Shown here piece by piece: positions 1-11,100 of a stretch of 64,000 nt of DNA. How positions within the stretch are numbered: the first letter of the stretch is position 1; each line of letters begins with the position of its first letter. The notes below the pieces were generated by a model. The model was not told where the DNA came from. It saw only the letters and a program-made list of their open reading frames with translations, and did no database searches. A program made the translations under genes and the position numbers. Where the stretch lies: positions 10,896 to 74,895 of the forward strand of contig JAURJQ010000010.1 in the NCBI GenBank assembly GCA_030832185.1. Reading direction: 5' to 3'. The stretch is from Chitinophagales bacterium. GTDB taxonomy: Bacteria; Bacteroidota; Bacteroidia; Chitinophagales; JADJOU01.

Positions 1-1
1 C

Positions 2-811
2 ACACATGCGCTCACGCCTATCTGTCTAGCAGAATTCTGGTATGGCAAATCGCCAAGCTCTGAAATCAGAAAGCATGGCTATTTCTATCCAGCCTGTAAA
101 ACCAAGTGTCTGCCTATACTCACACACATGCTTATCGGTCTTGATGTAGATCCCAATCCACTAGAAGACAATCCTACTAAACTAGCACAGCTAGATATTG
201 TATATGACGATGATGATATTATTGTGATCAATAAACCCCATGATTTTCTATCTGTGCCCGGCAGGAATATAGGAGATTCTATTTACACTCGCATACAGGC
301 TCATTATCCAGTGCTAAAGGAACTGATGGTGGTGCATCGACTCGATATGTCTACATCGGGGCTGATTCTTTTCGCTAAGAATAAAGCAGCACATAAACAT
401 ATTCAAATGCAATTTTTAAACCGCACCATTTACAAAAAATATGTAGCTATGCTCGATGGAATAGTAGAGAGTGATTGTGGTCTTATCGATTTGCCTCTAG
501 CAGGTGACTATGAAAATAGACCCCGACAGAAAGTCTGCTATGATGCTGGTAGGGCGGCGCAGACACGCTATGAAGTCATAAAGCGCGGGGAGAATAAGAC
601 CCTCATTCATTTCTATCCTATCAGCGGACGCACCCACCAGTTGCGGGTTCACGCGGCACATCAGCTAGGCCTCAATACCCCTATATTGGGCGATGATCTC
701 TATGGCATACGAGCAGATAGATTATACCTTCACGCAGAAGAACTGAGCTTTCAGCATCCTAAATCATTGGAAGAGATGAAATTAAAAGTAGTGGCGGAGT
801 TTGAGATTTAA
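2..811 (+). CDS. RluA-family pseudouridine synthase, 5'-truncated by the window edge
   Basis: Frame 2 is open from nt 2 (THALTPICLAEFWYGKSP...HGYFYPACKTKCLPIL) into the tracked ORF 128-811. It carries the catalytic-Asp motif HRLDMSTSGLILFAKN and a GRTHQLRVH motif. Confidence 0.85.
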   Translation, partial: THALTPICLAEFWYGKSPSSEIRKHGYFYPACKTKCLPILTHMLIGLDVDPNPLEDNPTKLAQLDIVYDDDDIIVINKPHDFLSVPGRNIGDSIYTRIQAHYPVLKELMVVHRLDMSTSGLILFAKNKAAHKHIQMQFLNRTIYKKYVAMLDGIVESDCGLIDLPLAGDYENRPRQKVCYDAGRAAQTRYEVIKRGENKTLIHFYPISGRTHQLRVHAAHQLGLNTPILGDDLYGIRADRLYLHAEELSFQHPKSLEEMKLKVVAEFEI

Positions 812-824
812 TAATTAACTCTTC

Positions 825-3464
825 TTACTGCGGCTCGAAGCTCAGGATAAATCTAAACTTACCATATTTGTCGAAGATGCTAGCATTTCGAAGGCCTTCA
901 GGGACGAATTTATCAACTCCTAGACCGTAGTCAAATCCAAGTAGTCCAAACATAGGTAGGAAGAATCTCACACCCATACCGTATGATTTCTTGACATTGA
1001 ATGGATCGAAATCTTTGAATCGCTCCCAGCCATTCCCTGCTTCAGCGAAGAGCATGGTATAAATAGAGGAGCCCGGATTGAGCATAATAGGGTATCGAAG
1101 TTCGAAGATATATTTATTAAACACAGTAGCTCCTTGAAAGAAATCACCTTCTTTATTGATGGTCACTTCTCTATCATCATATCCTCTGAGGGCATAGGTT
1201 TCTTGTCCGAATTGATTCCATGCTACGAGACCATCGCCACCTATTCTAAATCGCTCGAAAGGGGAGATCCCAAATCTACTATTAAATGAACCTATGGTGC
1301 CGAATCTAGATGCAAAGCGAGCGACCAAATTGCCAGCTATTGGCATATACATATCGGTAGAGAATTTCCATTTGTGATATTCTATCCAGTTCCATCGCTC
1401 AGCATTGGTCAGTTTAGGATCCTCGTAGTTCAGATCTCTTGATTTAAATATCTGGGAGTATGGCAAGGTCGCCTGAACCGAGAAGGAAAGATTAGATCCC
1501 GTAGTAGGGTAGATCTGTGGACCAATGGGGCCATTTAAGGAATTTCTAGATAGAGTAAATCGACCAAAGAGGTTGTTAACTACTCCCGTAGAGAAGTCTG
1601 AACCGAATTGATTATTATTCTCTAGAATATTGTTTTCCATAGTCACTCCGAAGAAGGCTACGAAATAATCATCTGGCCATCGCAGTCTTTTTCCTACTTC
1701 TACAGAAAGGTTATTGCGAATAAATATACTATTTGTTCCATTGCCTATAGGATTGTTAAATCTACTATGCGTGCCAGCTACGGTGAGTGATGTAGGACTT
1801 TTGCCTCCTAGCCATGGCTCTGTGAAGGATACGTTGAATATCTGACTCAGCACACCAGATGACTGTACGTTGATAGCTAGCGTCTGACCATCTCCAGATG
1901 GCAGTGGTTTCCAGGTCTTGAGGTTAAACATATTTCTCAGAGAGAAATTGGTGAAGTTCATACCTACTTGTCCATAAAAGAAATTGGCATATCCTAGAGA
2001 TAGAGAAAGTTGGTCATTCGGCTTTTCCTCTACTATCAGGTCTATATCTACTGTACCATCTTCTTTGGGTTTCGGTATAATCTGAGTGCCTTCTGGATTG
2101 AAATAGCCCATAGCCGCTAGTTCTCGCTGTGTGCGTATCAGTTTCGATCGATCGAATTTATCACCTGGTCGGAGTTTGAGCTCACGTCTTATTACATGCT
2201 CATTCGTTTTGACATTCCCCGATATACTGATTTGATTGATAGTAGATTGATTACCCTCATAGACACGCATGAGATAGTCTACACTATCGCCTACTATCGC
2301 TACTTCCTGTGGATCTATTCTGAAAAACAAATAGCCATCATCCATGTAGAGTCCTGATACGTCTCCGCCTTCAGGGTTTTGCTGCAAGCGTTGGTCTAGT
2401 TTTTTCTGATCGAAAGGATCTCCTTTGCGTATATCTAAAATTTGGGTTAATATTGAATCAGGATATTTAGTATTACCTACCCAAGTGATATTGCGGATAT
2501 AATACTTTTTCCCTTCATCTACTTTTATGAAAATTTTGACTTTCTGCTGAGATTCCTCTACCACGGTGTCCCAAACGATTTTAGCATCTCTATAGCCTAG
2601 GGTGGCATATTGTTCCTTTATAGAGGCGAAATCAGCTTGTTTTAACTCTTCTGGTTTATACTTAGCTCCTGTAAATATATTAGGTTGCACGAATTCGGAG
2701 ATATAATTCTTAATGTTTTTCGGAGTCAAAGATCCTAGGTAGTCATACCAATTCCACCCCGGGTTAGATAGGTGTTTCTTAAACTTAAATAGTTCGCCTA
2801 ATTGCGCTGAAGCCTGTGTTTTATTTTCCTTCATGGCCTTCTTGAGGGTGGAGGTTGATGCTTTGTTATTGTCTATAAATACAATATCCTTAACTACATA
2901 CTTAAATCCTCTATCTATCTTGATTTGAATAGCTACCCCATTAGGAATGGAAGAGTCTGCAACTCTAGAAAGGATTACCTTTGGGTAAATAAAGGATTTT
3001 TCTTTGTAATAGTTTCTAACTATATTCTGAATATTAGTTTCAAGCTGATCATTGAGTATTGACCCTGCTCTAAGTTCTAGCTTGGGTCTTAGCTCATCTA
3101 TATCTCCTTTTTTGACACCTAAAATTTTATATTTGGTTATTCTGGGTTTTTCTTCTAGTTTGATTAATAAGAATACATTTTTTCCTTGATAGCGTTCTGA
3201 TTGAATATCAATATTGGAAAACAAACCTTGTTTCCACAGTAGTTTGATGGCTTGAGTTACTTCTTGTCCAGGGATATTAATCGTCTGGCCTACACTGAGA
3301 CCTGAGAGAGCTACTATCATAGCCTTATCTGTGGTTACGGGTCCTTCCACACGGATAGCGGCTATATTGAATGTGTTATCCTGAGCAGAAAGATGGGCAC
3401 ACGCTGTCCATAGGACAAAAAGCAGAGTGATATAATATTTATTTAGCCTAATCAAGGGGTTCAT
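825..3464 (-). CDS. bamA: Outer membrane protein assembly factor BamA (Omp85/D15 family)
   Basis: ~880-aa ORF with a long POTRA-type N-terminal region and a C-terminal beta-barrel rich in aromatic/Gly alternation (GMGVRFFLPMFGLLGFDYGLG). The tracked start at 3482 is TTG. The in-frame ATG at 3464 gives a clean signal peptide, MNPLIRLNKYYITLLFVLWTACAHLSAQ. Confidence 0.88.
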   Translation of the reverse strand: MNPLIRLNKYYITLLFVLWTACAHLSAQDNTFNIAAIRVEGPVTTDKAMIVALSGLSVGQTINIPGQEVTQAIKLLWKQGLFSNIDIQSERYQGKNVFLLIKLEEKPRITKYKILGVKKGDIDELRPKLELRAGSILNDQLETNIQNIVRNYYKEKSFIYPKVILSRVADSSIPNGVAIQIKIDRGFKYVVKDIVFIDNNKASTSTLKKAMKENKTQASAQLGELFKFKKHLSNPGWNWYDYLGSLTPKNIKNYISEFVQPNIFTGAKYKPEELKQADFASIKEQYATLGYRDAKIVWDTVVEESQQKVKIFIKVDEGKKYYIRNITWVGNTKYPDSILTQILDIRKGDPFDQKKLDQRLQQNPEGGDVSGLYMDDGYLFFRIDPQEVAIVGDSVDYLMRVYEGNQSTINQISISGNVKTNEHVIRRELKLRPGDKFDRSKLIRTQRELAAMGYFNPEGTQIIPKPKEDGTVDIDLIVEEKPNDQLSLSLGYANFFYGQVGMNFTNFSLRNMFNLKTWKPLPSGDGQTLAINVQSSGVLSQIFNVSFTEPWLGGKSPTSLTVAGTHSRFNNPIGNGTNSIFIRNNLSVEVGKRLRWPDDYFVAFFGVTMENNILENNNQFGSDFSTGVVNNLFGRFTLSRNSLNGPIGPQIYPTTGSNLSFSVQATLPYSQIFKSRDLNYEDPKLTNAERWNWIEYHKWKFSTDMYMPIAGNLVARFASRFGTIGSFNSRFGISPFERFRIGGDGLVAWNQFGQETYALRGYDDREVTINKEGDFFQGATVFNKYIFELRYPIMLNPGSSIYTMLFAEAGNGWERFKDFDPFNVKKSYGMGVRFFLPMFGLLGFDYGLGVDKFVPEGLRNASIFDKYGKFRFILSFEPQ

Positions 3465-3499
3465 TTTTGAATAAAGTCTCAAATATCCATAATTTAGTT

Positions 3500-3507
3500 C
3501 AAACCTA
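3500..3507 (-). promoter_or_regulatory. Candidate Bacteroidota -7 box (TAGGTTTG on minus strand) for bamA
   Basis: Matches TAnnTTTG, 36 nt upstream of the ATG at 3464. Confidence 0.35.
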
Positions 3508-3682
3508 GACTATAATTCTATTTAGTCCTCTTGTTTTTAGTTAGATTTTAGTTAATTTCGGATTTATTTATCTTTTTTGTAAAATATATGAGGGAAAAAT
3601 TTACTATTTCTATTCTTCTAGTGGATTGATTAATCAAAAGTCATACTTATAAATTCGATAAAGTCTCAAAAATATTTTAATG

Positions 3683-3690
3683 TACATTTG
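3683..3690 (+). promoter_or_regulatory. Candidate -7 box TACATTTG for glyA
   Basis: Matches TAnnTTTG, 17 nt upstream of the glyA ATG at 3708. Confidence 0.45.
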
Positions 3691-3707
3691 CTCGAAAAGT
3701 AAAAAAA

Positions 3708-4976
3708 ATGCCTGATAAGTTAATCGAAGATTTAATAAAAGAAGAATACATAAGACAACGTGAAGGGATAGAGCTCATAGCTAGTGAGAATTACACTTCA
3801 GAAAGTGTCATGCGCGCCATTGGTTCATGCCTTACCAATAAATACGCAGAGGGCTATCCAGGTCGCAGATACTATGGAGGCTGCGCGATAGTGGACAAGG
3901 TAGAGCAGGAAGCGATAGATAGATTGAAAAAACTTTTTGGGGCAGAATATGCCAATGTGCAGCCACATTCAGGGGCACAGGCGAATGCTGCTGTGATGCT
4001 AGCTTGCCTCAAGCCAGGTGACGTTATTTTAGGATTGGATCTTTCCCACGGAGGACATTTGACTCATGGTTCGCCAGTCAATTTTTCTGGAAAACTTTAT
4101 CATGCAGAGTTTTATGGGGTGGAGCAGGAGACAGGTAGAATAGATATGGACAAAGTCCATGCTAAGGCTAAAGAATGCAAACCCAAAATGATTATTTGTG
4201 GGGCATCTGCATATACGCGCGACTATGATTTCCCTAGATTCAGAGCGATTGCAGATGAGGTAGGGGCCTTGCTTCTTGCCGATATATCTCATACGGCTGG
4301 GCTGATAGCAGCTCGTCTTATGTCAGATCCTATTCCTCATTGTCATATAGTCACTACTACTACTCATAAGACCCTCCGCGGTCCGCGCGGTGGGGTCATT
4401 ATGATAGGTAAGGATTTTGATAACCCTTGGGGACTTACGAATCCTAAAGGCGTCGTTCGCACTATGGGAGAATTGATTGACTTGGCCGTATTTCCAGGCA
4501 CACAGGGTGGACCTTTAGAGCATGTAATTGCCGGCAAGGCTGTAGCTTTTGGCGAAGCCTTATCTCCAGAATTTATAACCTACCAGAAGCAGGTACTAGC
4601 TAATGCCCAAGCAATGGTAAAAGCGCTATTATCTCGGGGATATCATTTAGTATCCGGAGGTACGGATAATCACCTTCTACTCATCGATCTTCGAAATAAA
4701 AATATCTCCGGAAAAAAGGCGGAAATTACTTTGGGTAAGGTAGACATCACGGTTAATAAGAATATGGTCCCTTTTGATGATAAATCTCCCTTTATTACTT
4801 CAGGTATTCGCATAGGTACACCTGCTATCACTACGAGACAAATGAAAGAAATAGATATGGAAAAAATAGTAGATTGGATAGATGCCGCACTTATAAATCA
4901 CGATAACGAGGATACCTTGGCAAAAATCAAGCTAGAAGTTAATAATTTCTCGCATCAATTCTATATTCCTAGTTAA
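3708..4976 (+). CDS. glyA: Serine hydroxymethyltransferase
   Basis: Full-length 422 aa with the PLP-lysine motif [14 protein letters not shown] and [13 protein letters not shown]. Confidence 0.97.
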   Translation: MPDKLIEDLIKEEYIRQREGIELIASENYTSESVMRAIGSCLTNKYAEGYPGRRYYGGCAIVDKVEQEAIDRLKKLFGAEYANVQPHSGAQANAAVMLACLKPGDVILGLDLSHGGHLTHGSPVNFSGKLYHAEFYGVEQETGRIDMDKVHAKAKECKPKMIICGASAYTRDYDFPRFRAIADEVGALLLADISHTAGLIAARLMSDPIPHCHIVTTTTHKTLRGPRGGVIMIGKDFDNPWGLTNPKGVVRTMGELIDLAVFPGTQGGPLEHVIAGKAVAFGEALSPEFITYQKQVLANAQAMVKALLSRGYHLVSGGTDNHLLLIDLRNKNISGKKAEITLGKVDITVNKNMVPFDDKSPFITSGIRIGTPAITTRQMKEIDMEKIVDWIDAALINHDNEDTLAKIKLEVNNFSHQFYIPS

Positions 4977-4981
4977 ATTTG
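4974..4981 (+). promoter_or_regulatory. Candidate -7 box TAAATTTG for gcvH
   Basis: TAnnTTTG overlapping the glyA stop, 28 nt upstream of the gcvH ATG. Confidence 0.35.
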
Positions 4982-5009
4982 CTTCTTAATTTCTAAAAAT
5001 AAAGTATAA

Positions 5010-5387
5010 ATGAATTTCCCAGCTAATCTAAAATATACCAAAGAGCACGAATGGATACTTGTAGAAGGTAGTAAAGCAAAAATTGGAATTACAGATTTCG
5101 CACAAAAAGAATTGGGTGATATCGTATATCTCGATATTAGTAGCCAGGGTAAAAAAGTAGTTCAAAATGAGATTTTCGGAACGATTGAAGCTGTGAAAAC
5201 AGTTTCTGATCTCTATATGCCTGTGACTGGCACTATACTAGGTATGAATAGTGCGCTTGAGACTGACCCTCAATTAGTCAACACTGACCCTTATGGCGCA
5301 GGCTGGATGGTAGAGATAGAACTAGCAGATGAAAGTGAAATAGCAGGCCTTCTTAGTGCGGATGATTACGCAGCTATCGTGGGTTAA
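5010..5387 (+). CDS. gcvH: Glycine cleavage system H protein
   Basis: 125 aa with the lipoyl-lysine motif [15 protein letters not shown] and YTKEHEW at the N-terminus. Confidence 0.93.
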   Translation: MNFPANLKYTKEHEWILVEGSKAKIGITDFAQKELGDIVYLDISSQGKKVVQNEIFGTIEAVKTVSDLYMPVTGTILGMNSALETDPQLVNTDPYGAGWMVEIELADESEIAGLLSADDYAAIVG

Positions 5388-5772
5388 GATCCATTTATTC
5401 CCTGCTTTTATTAGAGACCAATGGTGGTTGCTCTCTACACTGATGCTGTTGGTGGCTATTTTGTCACTGTTGCCGTTAGAAACTTTTCCAAAGGTTGGAT
5501 TTACTAGGACAGATTTAATTGTCCATTTTCTTATGTATGGCAGTATGGCATACGCTCTAGCCGCTGGGTTTTATAGTCATTTAGATACAGTGTCTAGTAT
5601 TTCATGGCGTATATTTATTTTACCATTGGTTTTGGGTCTCTATGGATTAGCGATGGAAGTGCTTCAGAAAATACTGCCAATCCGCAGATTTTTTTCATGG
5701 GAAGATGCTGTAAGTAATACTATAGGTGCATGTAGTTTTTTTGTTTTCGTCTATATCATTCGAAAAAAATAA
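5356..5772 (+). CDS. VanZ-like membrane protein
   Basis: Four predicted TM segments. Motifs [12 protein letters not shown] and [25 protein letters not shown] are typical of the VanZ family. The start is uncertain: GTG 5356, ATG 5362, or a later Met. Confidence 0.6.
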   Translation: MRMITQLSWVKIHLFPAFIRDQWWLLSTLMLLVAILSLLPLETFPKVGFTRTDLIVHFLMYGSMAYALAAGFYSHLDTVSSISWRIFILPLVLGLYGLAMEVLQKILPIRRFFSWEDAVSNTIGACSFFVFVYIIRKK

Positions 5773-5773
5773 T

Positions 5774-6439
5774 ATGGACTTTTTTCTAAATACCTGTTCT
5801 TACTGTAACAAGCGCATTTTAAGTTCAGATCATGTTTTCTGCATAGAATGTCACGGATTGCTACCTCGTACTTACTTCAATTTTTCTAAGAGCAATATAG
5901 TCTTAGATAAGTTGAGGACATTTATCCCGTTGGGTGCAGCAGGATCATTTCTTTTTTATAATGAAAATCAAATGGTACAGCAGATTTTATGGGAGATAAA
6001 GTACAATGGGAATACGCATCTGGCCAAAGAAATAGGTCGGCTAGCAATAGCAGGAAACGAAGAAAGTTTTAAAAGAGAGGTCGATCTGATCATCCCGATA
6101 CCACTTCATAAAACTAAATTGCAGTTGCGTGGATATAATCAAACGGCATTTTTTGCAGAAGGAATGAGTGAAATATTAGAGATGCCATCTGCGATAGATA
6201 TTTTGAAACGCAGTAAGCAAACCGCCTCTCAGACCAAGCTAAATAGAGAAAATAGATTTCAGAATCTAGATCAGGCATTTATGATAGAAAATAAAGAAAA
6301 AATACAAGGCAAGCATGTGCTTCTAGTAGATGATGTAGTGACCACGGGTGCCACATTGATTTCAGCAGGCCATTGTTTGCTAGATAGTGGCTGTGCTAGT
6401 TTGAGTGCATACACCTTAGCCTCTTCTTTCGAATTGTAA
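5774..6439 (+). CDS. ComF-family phosphoribosyltransferase-like protein
   Basis: N-terminal Cys pairs (CSYCNKR...CIECHG) and the PRTase motif HVLLVDDVVTTGATL. The ATG at 5774 directly follows the VanZ stop, so the tracked start at 5726 is probably too early. Confidence 0.8.
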   Translation: MDFFLNTCSYCNKRILSSDHVFCIECHGLLPRTYFNFSKSNIVLDKLRTFIPLGAAGSFLFYNENQMVQQILWEIKYNGNTHLAKEIGRLAIAGNEESFKREVDLIIPIPLHKTKLQLRGYNQTAFFAEGMSEILEMPSAIDILKRSKQTASQTKLNRENRFQNLDQAFMIENKEKIQGKHVLLVDDVVTTGATLISAGHCLLDSGCASLSAYTLASSFEL

Positions 6440-6486
6440 TCGATCTATAACTTTGTTCCTAATTATAACCCAATTGATTTTATAAA

Positions 6487-6972
6487 ATGATAGAACTAAT
6501 AAAAGCTAATATACAGGATATTCCGATAATATATTCTCTAGCATTGAAAATATGGAATCATCACTATGTACCTATAGTGGGTCAAGAACAAGTAGATTAT
6601 ATGCTTGGGAAAATCTATTCGACTGAGGGCATTACGGAGCAGATGATCATAAAGAAGCATCAGTTCTATCTTTTGGTTTTGGCAGATAAGCCCGTTGGAT
6701 TTATATCAGTTAGTGGAGAAGAAAATATGTTTATTCATAAATTTTATATAGACCAAGACATGCAAGGTCGGGGCTATGGTGCGAAAGTTTTTAGTCAACT
6801 ATGCAGTTTATATCCATCGGTTCAGTCATTTACTTTAACCGTAAATCGAAGTAATTATAAATCCATAAATTTTTATTTCAAGCTGGGCTTTAAAATAGAT
6901 CATGTAGACGATTTTGATATTGGTCAGGGCTACTATATGAATGACTTTATTATGAAATGGGAAAGGTATTGA
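6487..6972 (+). CDS. GNAT-family N-acetyltransferase
   Basis: 161 aa with acetyl-CoA motif A, QGRGYGAKVF. Confidence 0.8.
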   Translation: MIELIKANIQDIPIIYSLALKIWNHHYVPIVGQEQVDYMLGKIYSTEGITEQMIIKKHQFYLLVLADKPVGFISVSGEENMFIHKFYIDQDMQGRGYGAKVFSQLCSLYPSVQSFTLTVNRSNYKSINFYFKLGFKIDHVDDFDIGQGYYMNDFIMKWERY

Positions 6973-7039
6973 ATAATTTGCCATCTCATTTTATGACTAA
7001 TCAAATAAGATTTTTTGTATTATACAGGTAGTTTAACTT

Positions 7040-8110
7040 TTAGAACCATATAAATGGGCAGAAATCATAGTATCGCTCTCTCTGGTCGCGGGTACGAAGT
7101 AGAAAGCCATAAGAGAGTTCTAATCCCCCATAGCTATTGCTCGCGATCTGCAGGGGTGAGTTATTGAGGTCATAGCTGAGTTGAAATGAAGAGCGCTTAA
7201 TTTCGTATTGCACCCAAGGGATGAGAGCATCACCTGCTCTATAGCCTAGCCCTAGTTTAATTTTATTGCGTTCATTGCTCTTTGGTGCTAGATTTATACC
7301 TAATCCACCACCTAGTACTATTTCATATTTTTTATCTTGGTGCTGATAGAAAAAGAGAGGAATAAGACTATAACCTTTTCCTAGTTTAAATTCACCATTG
7401 ATATATAGATTGATTCTATTTTGGAGCAGGGTATTGGTAGATTTTCTTAAAAAATTTTGCTCTGAAGATAAGAGGTGCTGCATAGAGCTGCCTATAGCTA
7501 AGATATGTCGCTCCTGTATGACTTGCTGATAGTTCAGGCCTAATCCAAAATCAAAAAAGCCAAGATTGAGCCTATCAAACTGCTCTGTGACTGGTAGACT
7601 AGGATCGAAATAGTCTCCGTTAAACTGTTCGGGAAATTTGAGCAATTCTGGATTGTAGCTTCGCTGAATATAATTTACATTGGCTCCAATAGAAAGTATC
7701 ATAAAATTTCGACCTGAAGTGACCAAGTGATAAGCTCCTGAGCCAGTAGCTTGAAAAGTAGTAAACTTAGAATCTCCTGCTCTATCAGCTAGTATCTGAA
7801 TGCCCACCCCGAATTTATCCTTGGTAAGTTTAAAAGGAAAATTCATGTCGGCGCTTATGCCTATAGAGTTGTAATTTACAGGGATAGTCGCCCACTGATT
7901 TCTTGCAATAGCCATGACGCGCACATCTTCTTCCATTGCGCCGGTATTCGCTGGATTAAGAAAAATAGGGGTGCGATAGTATTGTGAGAAATGAAGGTCT
8001 TGTCCGTAGCAATAACTATCACTTAGAATAATAGAAATTATAAGAATCAAGAATCTCAATAAATTTAGAGTATTTGTCTTCGGAAAAACTGACCACTGAC
8101 CATTGACCAC
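7040..8110 (-). CDS. T9SS PorP/SprF-family outer membrane protein
   Basis: Signature DLHFSQYYRTPIFLNPANTG after a signal peptide, followed by a beta-barrel-like remainder. It lies immediately downstream of a type-B CTD cargo gene. The tracked start is GTG at 8110; an in-frame TTG at 8059 would give MRFLILIISIILS. Confidence 0.9.
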   Translation of the reverse strand: MVNGQWSVFPKTNTLNLLRFLILIISIILSDSYCYGQDLHFSQYYRTPIFLNPANTGAMEEDVRVMAIARNQWATIPVNYNSIGISADMNFPFKLTKDKFGVGIQILADRAGDSKFTTFQATGSGAYHLVTSGRNFMILSIGANVNYIQRSYNPELLKFPEQFNGDYFDPSLPVTEQFDRLNLGFFDFGLGLNYQQVIQERHILAIGSSMQHLLSSEQNFLRKSTNTLLQNRINLYINGEFKLGKGYSLIPLFFYQHQDKKYEIVLGGGLGINLAPKSNERNKIKLGLGYRAGDALIPWVQYEIKRSSFQLSYDLNNSPLQIASNSYGGLELSYGFLLRTRDQRERYYDFCPFIWF

Positions 8111-8116
8111 TTGCCG

Positions 8117-11100
8117 CTATTTTAAAATTGTAATATTCCCTTTTTGGCTGCTCGTGCCTCCGCCAATACACTCTACATAGAGGTAGTAGGCAAAGACGCC
8201 AGGCTCTAATTCTATTCCTTTGTAGGTGCCATCCCATCCTTTTTTCTGATTATTGCTTTCAAAAATTAACTGTCCCCATCGATCATATATCATGAAATGC
8301 ATTTTCTGAATATTGTCACCCATAACGTAGAGCGCATCGTTCTTACCGTCTTTATTTGGTGTGAATCCTGTAGGTACATATACTTCTGGATGATCACATA
8401 TTTCGTAAAATACGGTGACTACTACAGAATCTCCACTTCTGCAACCCAGAGGGTCTCGCACAGTGACATAATAGGTAGTAGTTGTGTCTGGCTTGGCTTC
8501 AGGCGTTGGGATAAATCTATTATCTAGGGTCTTAGCAGGTGACCAAGTATAGCCTACTATATTGGAGGCTGTGGCTTGTAGTATGCTTGTAGAGCCGTAT
8601 TCTATCCTATCAGGAGTGGCTGATACACGAAGATCATCCAGATAGCGGCTGCGGTCGGCTTTGATAGAGTCGCGGTATTTACACTTGCCAAAAGTGCTAC
8701 TAGTAGCTACACATCTAATTAGCATTGAGTCTAGGATTTGGTACCTGGCTATATTTCTATTGAGACTTATCCAATTCAATGGATTCCATTGATAAGTGAA
8801 GCTATTATTTGGGGTGGCGGTAAGAGTCAGTGTGTCTCCTTTGCATACAATTTGATTTCCTGAAATTTTTAGGAATTGAGTGTCTTTTCGCATGAGGATG
8901 CTATCGAGAACAAAGCAGCTACTACTACCTCTGCTTAGCGTGGCTAAAATTTGAAATTTAGTATCTACATTTATCCATGCCTTGATGCTAGATGTTCCTT
9001 GTCCACTGAGAATAGGTAACGATGGTACCCATTGGTAAGTGACCTTTGCATAATTCGGTACCGATAATTTTACTGTATCGAACTTACATACGATAGAATC
9101 TCTTGAAAATAGTTTTAGGGTAGTAGGATCAAATAGTTTTATATGGAGTGAATCATTTAGTCTGCAGTTGTTTGAATCTATTACGCTAAGTCTGTAGATC
9201 GTCGGTTGAGTGACAGTAACTATTGTAGACGGGGTCGTAGCTCCATTGGACCAAGTATAGCTTGCACCTGCAAGAGCAGTTGCATTGAGCGATACGGTAT
9301 CATTGGCGCATACAATGGTATCTGCCCAAAGTTTTAAATCGGGATTACCAGCAAAGACGAAATGTGAATCTACCGCCGTACATAGGTTTTTAAATCGAGC
9401 AGTTACAAAATAGTTTCTGCTAATGTCAGTTTTAAAAATCGCTGTATTTAGGTTCGCATTAAACAAGGCATTATTCGGCCCCCATGTGTAGGTGGTGTTG
9501 GGAATTAGATTGGCTTGTAGCGATACGAAACTATCTTTACAGTTAGATTTAGGGCCAGAGATTTGGATTAAATTTTCAAACAAGCGTATGCGCGCTGTAT
9601 CTCTGAAAATACAGGTTGGTCTATCTATTATAGTCGCCTGTATAAATATCGAACTGTCCCTATTTAATGGTCCAAAACTAGCAGGGGAGACTCCTTGAAC
9701 ACTTTGTAATAAACCAGTAGGGCTCCAGATTAGATTCCAACGGTTACTTATATTAGCTATCGCTTGGGTATTTAATCCACGACAGGTTATGGTGTCTGGC
9801 TGCCAATTTACAGCATCTTCTAGCAGTTTTATAGTTAAGGTTTTTGTATCGAAACAGGCATTGTTGATTCTATAATCTATCGTTATTATTCTAGTGGTGT
9901 CTATACGATATTGTGCAGAGTTCGCGTTGGAGGAAATAATATTGCTGCTCGGGGTAAATGAATAGAATCCGCCTGCTATATTTGCAGAATAGTTTAAGGT
10001 TAAGATTTCATCTTTACAACCAATAGTATCCATTTGTAGACTAATATTGGCATTAGCTATCTGCACAAATAAGCTATCGCTGGAGAGACAATTATAGTCA
10101 GAAACATAATTGACTTTTATTTTTCTATTAGTGGTTAATATAATACGCGCACTATCTCTATTCTGGTATGCTATATGAGCAAAGGGCTCCCAGTTATATT
10201 GTCCTACGGAATAAGGAGTAGCGGTATAGAGCACAGTCGCTAGATTGCAAACTGTGGTTGGGCCATTAATGGAAAGAGGTTTAGGTACATCTATGAGCAC
10301 CGTTTGCTCTAGGGTATCTGTACATCCATTTTTAGTAATGAATGCTCTAAATGTAGTCTGAGCATTGACCTTGACTGTAGGGTTAAAACTATTGTTGCCA
10401 GACATCTGAGTATTGGGAGTCCAGCTAATGGTGGCTGTGGGGTCAGTAACTCCTTTCAATCCTATACTGACCGAATCTCCTTGGCAACTTTTAATAGTAG
10501 GTAGTGCTGTGAAGCTATTATTCAAAATGTAAATCGCTTGGGTAATAGTATCGAATTTATTACAAGATGCATTATCTTGAATGATTAAGGTCACATTTTG
10601 CAAACCATAGCTAGTAAAGTTAAAACTAGGATTGGTTTGTGTCGAGCTACCCTGACCATTAAAATTCCAGCTATAACTAGGCGAAGAGGACACTGCTCGG
10701 GAGGTATTTGTGAAGTTGATACTTAAGTTTTGGCAATTCGTATTAGCCTTAAAATCGGCTTTTGCTACCTGAGTGCTATCAACTTGTTTGAGTAAAATGG
10801 AATCGAATACATAGCATTTTTGAGTATCCTGAATATGCACATAGAACCATTGCGAGTTTTCTGTCTTGACTCGGATATGAGAAGTATCTGATTTGCCTAT
10901 GATAGGAGGGAAGGGTGTCCATTGGTAGTTAGCGCCAGGAAGTCTTGTGGCACTTATTCTAGCTATATCGTTCGGGCAGATAAGTGTATCTCCAGTGAGT
11001 TCTACCATATCATTGAGTATGACTATACGGATTGAATCACTGACCACACAGTTGCTATCTGTTACTGTCATTTTGTAATAGCCCGTTTGTGGTACTCGAA

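Noticed and set aside
3483-3707. Looked for a riboswitch (glycine/THF) in the 225-bp region upstream of glyA and in the glyA-gcvH spacer
   Set aside because: The sequence is extremely AT-rich and shows none of the conserved stems or loops. The glyA-gcvH spacer is only 33 nt.
4029-4292. 87-aa antisense ORF inside glyA
   Set aside because: Shadow ORF within a conserved gene, with no promoter or motif support.
8019-8237. 72-aa minus-strand ORF spanning the adhesin/porP junction
   Set aside because: It is out of frame with both well-supported genes and overlaps both.
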